From NCBI GenBank assembly GCA_964187785.1, contig OZ076409.1:64296001-64360000 (forward strand): DNA of 64,000 bases. The letters are read 5' to 3'. This document shows, piece after piece, positions 51,640 to 64,000 of the stretch. Each line of letters starts with the position of its first letter. The stretch's first letter is position 1. Made by a program: the position numbers and the translations under genes. This DNA comes from Amphiscolops sp. MND2022. Lineage: Eukaryota. The notes below the pieces were generated by a model that searched no databases, was not told where the DNA came from, and was given only the letters and a program-made list of their open reading frames with translations.

Positions 51640-52620
51640 TGCACAGGCAAGCTTTTCGCTGCTTTTCGTGGAATCCGGGACACGAAAATTGAGAAAAGTC
51701 GTGGAATCCAGGACAAAATTTCTCTTTGATGTTAAGCGTTTCTTGGATTCCACGACAGTGCCTGTCCTGGATTCCACGCCAATACTGCTGCTATAATGAC
51801 ATTTTTGCCGCTGCTCTCTGATTGGTCCGCTCATTTTGAATAATCATTTTATATTAATTCAATTTTATATCAAAGGAAATTGTTTTGATTGACACGAAAA
51901 ATCCAAGAAGTACGAATAGAGATACTCGTGACTGGTACCAAAAATGAAGCATGTCTTCAAATAATGGCAGATTGTGATGATCTGGCAGTTTGTTCAAAAC
52001 TGCTACTAAATTTGAAAATACGAATATTTGTGTAATATAATATTCATTTTGCATGATCATTATTAGAAAGGCAGAAGAACTTGAATTAAATCAATCTTAT
52101 ATCAAAGGAAATTGTTTTGATTGACACGAAAAATCCAAGAAGTACGAATAGAGATACTCGTGACTGGTACCAAAATTGAAGCATGTCATCAAAAAATGGC
52201 AGATTGTGATGATCTGGCAGTTTGTTCAAAACGGTACTAAACTTGAAAATACAAAAATTTTGTGTGATATTGGTGTGATTGTCTGGATCATTTTGAATTA
52301 ATATACGAAAAGTAGTGCATAATATTATGTTTGTTCAGTCTACCACTTGAATTTAATTAAAGAAGAGATGCCGCGTATCGCGTCAAGCATAAAGTCCTGG
52401 AATCCAGGAAATTTTTGATTTCTGCAATCTGATTGGTTCATTTCGCAAAACTTACGTTTTTGTGGAATCCGGGACACCGCTGCATGCCGACAGTTCGTAC
52501 AGCTAAGCATTTGTTACTGGAATCTACGACTAAATCCGTGGAATCCGGGACAAATGACGTAATTTGCGAATTTTGCACGGTTAAAGCTATGGTTGTGGAA
52601 TCCGAGATATTGAACGCACT
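51640..52620. mobile_element. Non-autonomous DNA-transposon-like element with GTGGAATCC(A/G)GGAC subrepeats and an internal ~180-bp direct duplication
   Basis: About 9 copies of the motif in both orientations. 51853-52030 is repeated at ~52085-52260. Confidence 0.5.
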
Positions 52621-53225
52621 ATGTTGCGCTTTGAGCAAATAAGGCTTGCCTGTGCACTCTAATGAATTACGTAGAAATTTCCGTGAATATGTCGTCAAAG
52701 TCCACAAAACTTCTCGTGAAAAATGCATTCGCCTGGTTTATACTATATTTAGCCTGGAATATTTCTTTCTGTGGTACACTATGAATAGCTTGGTTGTTCA
52801 TATGAGAGTAATTCGTTTGCGAGTGAAACGCGGCAACAAAAGAAGTAAATTGATTACACCGTTTCCGCGTTAATTGAAGCATATCAGATGTTAAATGATA
52901 AACCAATAGAAATTGATTAGCTTGCTACAGCAAATCTCGAACAACGTGAACGCAATGGTAGCTTGAATAAAAGTGTAAGCCAACGCCACATACGATTTTG
53001 TGTACATGTAGCATTCTTTGGTCAGAGATTGTTCAATTTGAAAGCGTCGTTGGTGATTCTTACTCGGTAACTCACTTGTAAGCTGATATTGTTCACTTGA
53101 CGTCTGATTGTGAAGCAGTTTTAGTTTGGTGGCTGGTGATTGGCTGAAAATTTGGAACGAAAGCCGAGACGATTCACTTAACTTTTGATATGCTTCACTC
53201 AACGCGGAAACGGTGTAGTAAAATT

Positions 53226-53720
53226 AACAAGACGGGAACGTCTAAAGTCGGCGCTATATCTAAGGCTCAAAAAGCGCAACGTTTTTAAAATTGTAAAATG
53301 GGGGACCCTCTCGACTTTTTGAAAATCCAGAATTTTGAAACAGTTTAATAGTGCCGGAAAAGTAGAAAGGGAGACCCTTTGGGCTTTTTGAAACTTCAGT
53401 TTGCTGCAAAATATCAAAAACCTTGAAAGGGGGACCCTTTGGTGACAAAAAAATTTCAAAAAAAGTCGCACAATGCCGAAAAAATTCAAATGGGGAACCC
53501 TGTAGTCCCGTCCGGTTTTTTATCTTACGTTAAAAATTGAGTACACGACGGGGGGACCCTTTGCACTAACTTAGATGCGTTTCCGCTAGCCGGTCCAGTA
53601 GTTTAGTAGTTCTGTAAAAAGTGTCCACTACGCATACATTCTGTGGTCTGACGAAAAAAAAGAAAAGAAACTTGCCTCTGTAATAGTCGTGCTCATTTCG
53701 TTAAATTGCGCCGACTGAAA
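53226..53720 (-). mobile_element. HINE/Helentron-like family copy
   Basis: AACAAGACGGGAACGTCTAAAGTCGGCGCTATATCTAAGGCTCAAA ... GCGCCGACTGAAA. Confidence 0.7.
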
Positions 53721-54286
53721 AGACTAGTAAATTGATTATCAGGGACACGATGTTGTCGGTGAGATTTTTACAAGAGTGTCGCGGAAAATATCTAGCTGCA
53801 ACTATCCAAAGGGCTTTTTTCAAGAGGAAACAACATTGGTTTTCGGTGCAATGTAGCGTGATATACAACAAATAATATGTATTACTTCGTGGAATGATTT
53901 TTTCCCAATGACCTTAAATAACCAATCTTTCGGAAAACTAGTTACATTTTGTTGGCCCAAAAAGGCCCATCACCACGCTGAAACCCATTCTACAAATTTC
54001 ATCTTTAAGTAGTTGTATCCAGTTCATCTGCCTTCGGACTCGTTCATTTTGACAAGTTATAACCAACCTTGTTTTTTGTGAGAGGAATCTACGAAACAAA
54101 ATAAATATGATAATAATGTGAAAAGTTTTTTAATCACCTTTTGCTTCTGAGTTGAGACTGTCGTCAGCGGTTTCTCTGACCTCAGACTAAAGTAGTGAGA
54201 ACCCCAACATACTGATCTGAACATTTATCAGGTAGCTTGCACCAAATCTTTTTTTTGTTGAAATTTTTTCTTTGGATGCTTGAGTT

Positions 54287-54755
54287 CCTTGTTTTCACGT
54301 TTCTTGTTTGTTTTTGTAAATTTCTAAAGAAGAATATGGTTTTAAAAACTGCCTGGGTTGACAAGTGTCTACTTTCAGCCAATTACGGTGATCCGGTTCC
54401 AGTGGTTTCGGTAATTTCGACGCAAATTAATGCCTAACGGTATTAAAAAATAGGGAAGTCAACTAATTCGGCAACCATCGTCGTCGCCTAAATTTTTATC
54501 AGAAATTCATTAAAAAAACAACATCCCCTTTTCGAAGGTGTTATTTAGCACTGAATTGTTCTTCTTTGTGTTTTTTTTTGCTGTTCGCAGAATGATTAAT
54601 ACCGTTAGGCATTAATTTGCGTCGAAATTACCGAAACCACTGGAACCGGATCACCGTAATTGGCTGAAAGTAGACACTTGTCAACGCAGGCAGTTTTTAA
54701 AACCATATTCTTCTTTAGAAATTTACAAAAACAAACAAGAAACGTGAAAACAAGG
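54287..54755. repeat. Foldback: 160-bp inverted repeat arms (54287-54446, 54596-54755) with 149-bp spacer
   Basis: The arms are reverse complements with one mismatch seen. Confidence 0.93.
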
Positions 54756-57700
54756 GCTAGAGAAACCCGACAGCTCGAAAACTTCGACATTTACAAGCAA
54801 AAATATCTCAGAGTCAAAATTGCTAAAAAAAACTTTTCAAAAAGTCAATTTAGCATATTCAAAGGAGCCTCAAGTGGACTACCAACTTTTGTTCAAGGCG
54901 AATAATCAAAACTAAATATTCAGAAATTCAATCTCGGCTGTTCACAGTGACTTAATTTCAGGCTTTCACGGAACGAAAACAATTTCCTCAAAAATTTGCT
55001 TGACGGACTTTTGCTTGACGGAGAGAGTTATTTCCACCTTTGTTTTTCTAAAGAGAGTAGCTATGTAACAAATTATATAGCGAATTATATAGCTGCGAAT
55101 ATGCTTGTTTTCACCATCGAATTGTTGCCCTGGGACTTCGTTTTTCAAGAATTATTCGGTAGTCTGAGGTTTCTGTAGTTAGTACTTTCCTAGCTTGGTT
55201 TTAACAAATATGTTTGTAAAAATAAAACTAAATTAGTTGAAACTAATGAAAACTGTTTGTATATGCCAAAACTAAATTTCTGTTAATCAAGTTCGCTAAT
55301 TATTCAGTTGCAAAACAACTATTTGAAGAACTCATCGTTCCCACTCGCGAAAAATTCATAGTAGCGAGAGAAATGCGGGAACTTCTTCGTTTTTGTTGTT
55401 GACGAAAACAGGCTTCAGAGGTCTTAGAGAGTGATTCCTGGTGTTTCTATCGAATATCTGAAATTCAATATACCAAAAATTTTTGTATGTCCCCTCTTTT
55501 TCAATTTTGGTAGAATAGCGGACTTGAAAGGCCTTATAAAGTAGTGTCTTGAGAACTCAGAAAAAGAAGAAATACCAAAGCCAGAACGTCTCAAGTCGGC
55601 AAGAGATCAGAAGTGGGGCACCCTGTGATCTCGAAAAAAACACATTTCACGGACAGAAATCATCAAAGAACATTTTGATAAAAACTCGAAGATGGGACTT
55701 TTTGACATGTAAAACGTTTTTCGAAGTTGAAACCGGGACAAACCAAAAGGGCCACTTCGATTTCCAGGATTTTTCCTCAAAAAAGCTGCACGTGCCAATA
55801 AACCTCAAAAGGTGGTACTTTTTTTACTTCCTAGCCTTGTTAATCTTTCCATTAAGTGGTTCGAGATGTGATATGGTCCTAGATATAAATTGCTTCATGA
55901 CGATATTAAATCACTGATGACGTTAAATAAGCTGAATAGAAAATGGACCGTTCGTGTGAACTGACGGAAAAAGGTTTTAAAAAACTTGCGTTTGTAAGAG
56001 TCCACATTTTGTTACAAAAAAAACAAAATTAACTCAGTTTCGAGCGAGACACAAGGGGTGATTTGGGAGATTGAACCAAGTTATTAAAAGAAATAATTTG
56101 GTAGAGACTTTTGACAACTGAAAAGCATAAACATTTCGAAAAAATAAATATTTGAAAGATATCGGTATTTTCACGTAGGAAACTTAGACTAGACAACGAA
56201 CTTGACCAGGATAAGAGTGATGTTTGGTGTTTACTCAAACCGGTAACAGTGAGCCTAAATGGAAGCTCAGCACAGTTTTCATCGCGTGAACAATCGATGT
56301 TTATAGTTGAAATTTTCGAACCGAATTGTATCAATTTTACCAGGGCTTGCATGTAACGACGTTTTGCAAAAGTCAATGCAACGATCTTTTAGATATCACT
56401 GAATGGTACGAACATTCCTGGCTCCATTTTTGAACAGAAGCAAATCACGAGAAGGGGAAAAGTTTACTCAGTGGGCGTGTAAAAAACCTTTGGAACTTTG
56501 ATGATAGCAGACGAAGTTCAACTATCAACTGTTCCATCAAGATTTAAAACAGTTCCACGGTGGTGAGGACCTTTAGCACATGAACTATCAACATGACGAC
56601 TGCTGAGCAGAGAGATATTTTCAGCCCCAAACTGTTCTACAACTATCTAAAATTGATTCTCAAGAATAGCCAAGGCACTGAAAACGCAAGGAAATTCGAA
56701 GAAACGAAAGCTTTGCTTCATCTTAGTCGATTTTTAAAGGAAACATCCAAGTTATCATTTCTGCAGTAGCTGGCTACTTTTCGTTTCTTCGGCACTATGC
56801 GACTAACGAGTGAAGAGAATTTTTTGTAATTTTTTCGAAAACACTTTTTGAAAAACTTTTTTTCGCAATTTTTAGTTTTTGAGGACTTCTGTAAAGGAAG
56901 TAAGTTTCCGAAGACTTGCGGGTGACCTCTTTGTTACTTTTGAACCTATGGAACTGACGAATTTTCTTCAAGACTGTGGAATTTTTCAGTTTTTTCTCAG
57001 CCCTGTGCGTCTTTCCGAAACTTTCATTAGGCCGAAGGGTACCCCCCTTTGCTTCCATAGCTAATTTCGACTTGCAAAAAGTAGTTTTGCGAGCTGAAAC
57101 GTTTTTTGCCATTACGGGACTTTTCCGAAATAATTCAAAATATCGGATTTTTGGTGGTTCCTGTAGGGGAAAAAGTGGTTTCTGAGTCTCAGGCGTATTT
57201 CTTCAAGATGTGGTTCCCAAAACTTCAAGTTCCCAAGTTGGGGTAACTTTTGGCACTGAGAAAATGGTAACTGACAAATGTTTGAAACTAGGGTCCTTTG
57301 CAAGTTTAAGAAAAACTATCATTAGTTTTGGACGCAAACTATCATTGTTAACACTAACGGTAGCTACACGATTCAGTCCCGAGGCATGGGGTTTTCTGAT
57401 TGAAGTAAACTTTCGTAAAGTGTCCAAATTGAGACTATGTTGTCGAAAATTGAGACAGTTCGGCAATATTGACACCTTTGTTGTAAACTTGAGGAACTTC
57501 ATCACATTATTCTCCCAAATTGCATTTCGAATACGTTTTTGTTTCAACGTTCAGGTCAATCACCGTTCTTTTTCACAAAACTTTTCTAGTTTGAACAACA
57601 ATTGAGATTAATGTGTCAAAAAAAGTGGATTTTTTGATTTTGTTTTTCGGAATTTGAGGTGTTTTGAGGAGAACTCCATCAAAAAGTTGCAGTTGCATCT

Positions 57701-58945
57701 TCAGAAATGCCTACTGGATACTAGAGTTATGCAAAGAAGTTGCTAAAAAATATACAAAAATCAATAAAAATGTAAAAAATACATGAAAAATCGAGGAATC
57801 AACTGAATAAGGGGATTGGTCTTTGCTGAGTAATTAAAACTGTTTTATGCAATGAATTACCTCAAAACTTTTACAAATATGTGCTTCAAAAAATATCTAT
57901 GAAAACTTTTAGATAATGCAGTCTTGGGTCATTCTGAGGACACTTTCTATTATAAAATATTATAATATATTAAAAAGTTCTTCAAAAAATGGGCTGCGGA
58001 CCTAGTTTTATCTGGAGTTTTTCGAATTTTTTTCTTACTAAAATTTCTAATTTTAAAAAGATTCATTGAAAATGTCGGAAAGCCTCAAAACTTTCGACAA
58101 GTTCTACTTTTTGCAGTCAATCTTGAGTCATTTTAAAACTGAACTATGCAAGTATTCCCTAAAAAGCCTACTGGATTATATGTTCAATCTTTGTCGAACG
58201 TTTGCCACCATTCTGACTTAAAACGGTTCAAAAGGTACGCAAAAGTTGCAGAAAAACATGAAGGTGTTGAAATTTCCACTCATTTGGAGTTATTCCGAAG
58301 TGTTTTTGATGCAAAACGCTGCAACTTTTTCTTCAAAATTGTACTGCATAGCTTGATTTCTCGTTTTTGATTGTGTTGGAACTTGAAACTAAGATCCTCA
58401 GAAAATGTACAGAAATTGCATCAAAAACGAACGACAAAAACTTCAAAATTATCAAGGTTTTCTGTGTCAGGGGTTTTAACATCCTAGTCTACGAAGTCTA
58501 TCAATAGTTTGACAAATATTGAATAAAAGTTGTGAAAATTGGAAAAGTTTAGAGTTGTTGTCTTTTTCAATGTCAGTTCCAGACATTTTTAATTGGAGTA
58601 TCTGCATTTATCTATTCACTAAGCATGCTGGACAACACATTTTTTCCTCGTTGACCTTTTTCAACATTCTAATCCACAAAGTCCATCGGAATTACGACAA
58701 AAATTGCATAAAAACTTTGTAAATTGGAAAAAATGATATTTTGTCATTTTCAGTGTCTCTTTGAGATATACTTCATTTAGAAAACAACAATTATCACTTC
58801 GAAATAGCCTACTGGACAATGAATTTGTAAATGTTTAGCGTTTTCAACATTCAAATCGAAATCTATCAAAAATTTGACAAAAATTGCTTAAAAATGTTGA
58901 AAGTTTGGAATTCTTGGAGTTTGTGTTATTTTAGGGGTCATTTGT

Positions 58946-61900
58946 TGTAACGTCGGCGAACGAAATTTACAAAATTTTGATGAAAAATTCAAAATGCGCG
59001 ATTCAAAATGTCCGACCTGACAGGTACTGGAAATTAAAAAGGATGATAAAAAAGAGGACAAAGACAATCCACACCCCCCACCCAGCCCAAGAGAGAACAC
59101 CCCGCCGCAGAAGTATCCCCGAAATTGCCGCGTGGTGCCACCTCCCTTGGAAGACATCCCAGTTACCAGCGGAACCCGAAAATGGCCTAGAAGATGAAGA
59201 AACTCAGAAGTTTGCATAGTTTGCATGTGCCACCTAGCAGGTCAAAGACTAGCTGACACTAACGCTTGATGTTTCTTCAATCTATTGTACCGTATTTGTG
59301 ATTTTATTTGGTGATGTTTAACCCCTATTTTTCTTATTTTAGACTTTATTCATCTTATTAAAATGTACTTTAGCTAAACCCCTGTTTTCGGACCTCGGAG
59401 GTATGTTGGAAGTCACAGGAACCTTTAGATACGTTTTTACAGGCTTGTGGAACGTGTCCGGACTTTGAGTGCGCGGGCACGTCGCCACGGAGCTCTAGCT
59501 GAGGAGCCTCCTTTGACGTTTGAAAAAGTCCCTTTTTGGAGACCACTTCGTGATTAAGAACTAATGTCTAGGGCTGTAGTAAGACATAGGTCTCCTGTTT
59601 AAACACCCTAGGCCTTATCCCACTTCTATGATGTACTCGGCTAGGTGGCTGACGTTACATCTAGAATAGTTTATATGGTGCCCCACGAGGAACCCTTTTT
59701 TCACTTTTGCGTCGTACTAGGAGGTTTTCCTGCTTTCCGGCCCCGGAGGGTCCAGATCTAGGAAAACTTATTGGAGAGTCCTAGATTATTTTTATTGCTT
59801 CTGTGAAGCCTAGTAGGTTTTTTCCAACAGAATTCCTGCGTTTCCTGCATGTTTCCGAGGTCTGGAACGAGAAATAACTGATTTATAGCATAATACCGTT
59901 TTGATACCGTTTCTGTTTGTTGAAATTAACCATCTGGTTTAATTGGATTTTGTTTTAAAGGTTCTGTAGCCTCATTTCAGCTTAGTTTCAATCTTTTGGT
60001 ACTGCAAGGACGTGGTGTGAGCGCCACCACTAGCTGTGACGACGGAGTGACGTCCTTCACGGCAACACCCTCTTGACCAACTGGTGGATCACGACGAATC
60101 AACTGGGTTACAATCCCCCTTTTTGTTTTTGTGGCTTCAAAAACCTATTCCCAGGCCTACCCACATTAATAAGAACTGAAAAAAATACCCACTGGGTATT
60201 CCGATTGTTTTCTGAAAAAATATAGTGAGTTTGCTATAACAGCTGATATAGCTCGATTTTCAACTTGGTTAATCTCAAAAGCCAAAATTTTTCAGAAGAG
60301 GGTACGGCCAGTGGGAATACCTAAAAAATGTTCCAACAGACCGATCAGGTCTGGAACCAAATTTTTTGTTTAGCTTAATTTTGAAAAAAGTCAAAAATTT
60401 AGCGATTTTTGATAAGAAACCGTCAAATTTGGCCGCCAAAAATGGCGGCCATTTTGACCAATTTTGACAAAGGCGAAGCCTTGGGCGTTTGATCCCAAGC
60501 TTCTAAAGCAGCCCAAAACCCTTTTTCCTGAACTTGGTAGTACAAAACACTACTGCCAGGACGTTTTCTAGCTTTCCCCAATATAAATTGAAATTTTAAC
60601 CCTTGATTTTCTTTGATACATATATAGACATGAGTAGAGGACCCCATAGACCTGAGAGTTATAACACCAAAACTAATAATTCAAACAACCCCAGTTCCCT
60701 GAAAAACTTTATTACACCTTACTACGTTACGTTTAGAACTAATCTGAACATCTGGGAGCCGAGAAATAAAAAGTTCCTATTGAAAATACGTATTTTTCAC
60801 ATTGTTCCCAGAGTGTAAAAGGTGTAACATGAAAATTTTTTGAGAGACCTTATCTGGAACCTGCCAGATTTCGCTTGCCTATTTTCTATTAGTATAGAGT
60901 ATAACGTTGAAAAAGCAGAAAACCACGAGTGATTCCAAAAGGTAGTTGCCGAGAAACTGCTAAAAACGTGTTATTTCAGTGACAATTTCGGAACACTGGA
61001 GTAGTATTATTGAGACAGGTCGAAATCTCTCCTAGTAAAAGAAGCCCAAAACAATTTGCACCATCATGTAGATTGGAAAAATTTACGCTAGTGGTGTAAC
61101 TTTCGTTGCGCTAGCGTTACTAGTGATTGAGAAATCTTAGCCGGAGTTTTGCTCAAAAACTGTACGAAATTGTCAAAAAAATCGAATTTTAGTTGAGCAT
61201 AGCGCAGTACCTTGCGAATCCCAGCACTAAAATTCTTGCATTTTTGTACACATCGCACTAGATCCCGACGATTTGTGCCTTTTGAGCAGCTTGCTACTGC
61301 CCAACTTGGAGAAATTGACATTTTTGTGAATTTAGACCCGAAAAAGTGACATATAGGGTACATCATAGTTTTGTCAACTTGAAATGCAGAATCTTAACCT
61401 GGACACCCCGCTAAATTGTTTTTCAGTTACGCGGGCATGATTCACGCTCGTATACAAAATTTCAGGTAACTAGGAAGCCTAGAATGCGAGTTTGACAGAC
61501 TTGTGTGAATTTCACGACATAGTCGATTTTTTGAACAACATTGTTACGCGGCCCCAAGTCACGTGTAATCATTTTTGAGGCAATCAGAGGTTAATTACCC
61601 ACCATTCAATATAGTAAACGGTGTGAAATTTCCAGGTCGCTACTAGCTCTACAAGTGATTTTCACCTTTCCCCGACGTGCATATTGGCGAAAAAACTAAC
61701 GATTTTGGGAAGTTTTGCGAAAAAGCGCACAGTTTTCGTAGGTGTAGTAGCAAGTGAGGGCTTAAACAACCCTAGTTCAACCCTAGCTACCCAAAGCACG
61801 TCTCGTTGAAGCATTTGGAATAGAGCTGGCGCAACCCTAAGATCTTGGGTTCGTCGAAAAAACAGCTTACGAGACATAGAGGTGAAAAACCGAAAATGGA

Positions 61901-63930
61901 AATTCGCCTCCTGTCTGCTATCAATGTCACCTAAGTGCAAATTATTCGTTATGAACACGCATGCTTGGTGCCCTGTGTACCTTGTGGGTGCTGGAGCTTG
62001 TTTATTGGCACTTTTAGAGGTTCAGACTTTGAACGCAGTGCGTCTCAAAACAGAAAAACAAGTACAGTGGTGACTGCCATAGTTGAAAAAGAACGCTTTT
62101 TCTGATCGTGCTACAATCGTAAGGCAAGGGCAAGAAATCGCTTCAAACTCAGTGTCGTTTCTTCTGCTCACCCCCAAGGCCTATTCCCAGTCCCTGATTA
62201 CATTTGCGTCTTTACTTGTGCTCTCCAGAAACCGGGCAGCATGAGTGACAGAAAGACGTTTCAGACAACCTAACGTCCGTAGCCTAGCAAGCTTCTCAAG
62301 AATCAGTGTTCGTTGCTCAATTCATGCCTAAGGTGTTCCTTGATTCTCGCTACCACAGTTATGCGAACCATGTCGATGTGAAAACACCGGACAAGAAATT
62401 GGCCCGGGGAGTAACTTGTACCCTCCCAAGAGAAATCAACACAGAGCATGATAAAACACCTGGAGCCTCGAAGCTCTGAATACTGCTTGGCCAACGGTCG
62501 TGTTTTTAAATTTTAAATGACTGCTCTGAAACTTGTTTTCAATGCCAAAATATGTTTTAATGATCTATCATGCCTGATTCTTAACTTCCATGGGTCTTTG
62601 TCTACCATAGCCATCGACATAACCATCATCTATAGAAGCAGTTTACTATCATCTCTTACATATACACTGGTGCTTATTCTACCTAGACAATACTTTTTTC
62701 TGAGCGTACACTGCTAACACAATAGACTGAATGGGTCCTCATTTTTGGTGATATTTTTGAAATTTTGATCTCTGTTTTCCGATTGGTGCTATTTATTGTG
62801 CAGTTTCTATTGGCCATGAACTACAACACTTTAGCAAGACCACAGCTGTTACTTTTATTTTTTGCTTTTCAAGTGCTATCGTGCATTTTGTAAAATGTAA
62901 CCTATCAGGTGGGCCCCCGGCCAATGCCAAACCTGTTGTGATGAGTGCTTTTTATACAGATGCAGTAAAATAAAGTGCTAGGTATCTTAGTGCTTTTCTA
63001 GTGCTAGAACCCATTGTTGGTGTCGAGCCTAAGTAGGCCTGCTAGGCTAGCGCCAAAAACGCATCTTTTTGGGCAATGACCTTTCTCTGGGCAATGACTT
63101 CCATTTAGATTCCTGAAGTACTATGTTACAACAGCATCACTGGATGATGGCAACAAAGACGTGAACATCCACTCTCGTTTGTCGAGGACGACAAACTATG
63201 GCCCGGGGAGGATGTAACGTCCAGCAGTCAGCGAACGAAATTTACAAAAGTTCAATGAAAAATTCGAAATGTGCGATTTAAAATGGCCGACCTGACAGGT
63301 ACTGGAAATCAAAAAGGATGATGAAAAAGAGGACAAAGACACCCCATACCCCCCACCCAGGCCGAGAGAGAACACCCCGCCGTAGAAGTATCCCCGAAAT
63401 TGCCGTGTGGTGCCACCTCCCTTGGAAGACATCCCAGTTACCAGCGAAACCCGAAAATGGCCCAGAAGATGAAGAAACTCAGAAGTTTGCAAATTTTGCA
63501 TGTGCCACCTAGCAGGTCAAAGGTTAGCTGACACTGACGTCTGACGTTTCTTCACCGTATTTGTGGTTTTTGCGGATATTTGGTGATGTTTAACCCCTCT
63601 TTTTCTAATTTTAGACGTTATTTTCTAATTAAAATGTACTTTAGCTAAGACCCTGTTTTCGGACCTCGGAGGTATGTTGGAAGTCACAGGAACCTTTAGA
63701 TACGTTTTTACAGGCTTGTGGAACGTGTCCGGACTTTGAGTGCGCGGGCACGTCGCCACGGAGCTCTAGCTGAGGAGCCTCCTTTGACGTTTGAAAAAGT
63801 CCCTTTTTGGAGACCACTTCGTGATTAAGAACTAATGTCTAGGGCTGTAGTAAGACATAGGTCTCCTGTTTAAGCACCCTAGGCATTATCCCACTTCTAT
63901 GATGTACTCTGCTAGGTGGCTGACGTTACA
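58946..63930 (+). mobile_element. Non-autonomous LTR retrotransposon (~5 kb, BEL/Pao-like); LTRs 58946-59659 and 63214-63930
   Basis: Both LTRs run TGTAACGTC...GACGTTACA. PBS-like TGGTGCCCCACGAGG at 59676, PPT GGGGGAGGA immediately before 63214, flanks TTTGT/TTTCT (5-bp TSD with one mismatch). No long internal ORF. Confidence 0.88.
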
Positions 63931-64000
63931 TTTCTTTTAGAGAACCGCTTTTATTTCTTCATAGAAAACTAATGGAGAACGAATTCTTGCCTTGTTGAAC

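Noticed and set aside
54182..54905. Duplicated small ORFs on both strands (MAESRHLSTQAV..., ...NYGDPVPVVSVISTQINA)
   Set aside because: Produced by the 160-bp inverted repeat; no coding signature.
58888..63512. Paired ORFs at 58888-59226/58977-59219 and 63196-63501/63318-63512
   Set aside because: They lie within the two LTR copies and their starts and lengths differ between copies, so they are not supported as genes.

Overview
AT-rich, intron-rich, repeat-dense eukaryotic (most likely invertebrate animal) genomic DNA with one 200-N assembly gap (30631-30830). Two host genes can be reconstructed from splice sites. The first is the 3' part of an SLC35A-type nucleotide-sugar transporter (+, exons 3435-3651 and 4285-4689), followed by a 102-bp satellite. 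The second is a ~23.4-kb minus-strand gene (48739 down to 25328, 11 candidate coding exons) encoding a secreted protein with three divergent F-type-lectin/F5-8-type-C-like domains and a Thr-rich linker. The rest is a transposon landscape: decayed Gypsy and BEL/Pao retrotransposons, three related LTR-like segments that carry a Gag-like N-terminal ORF, a ~5-kb non-autonomous LTR element with mosaic LTRs, a Mutator (FLYWCH+MULE) element with a perfect 9-bp TSD, a LINE RT remnant, a possible Penelope-like remnant with a long palindrome, many copies of a Helentron/HINE-like short element, and a 28S rRNA pseudogene fragment. All calls come from reading the sequence by eye; no database searches were run.
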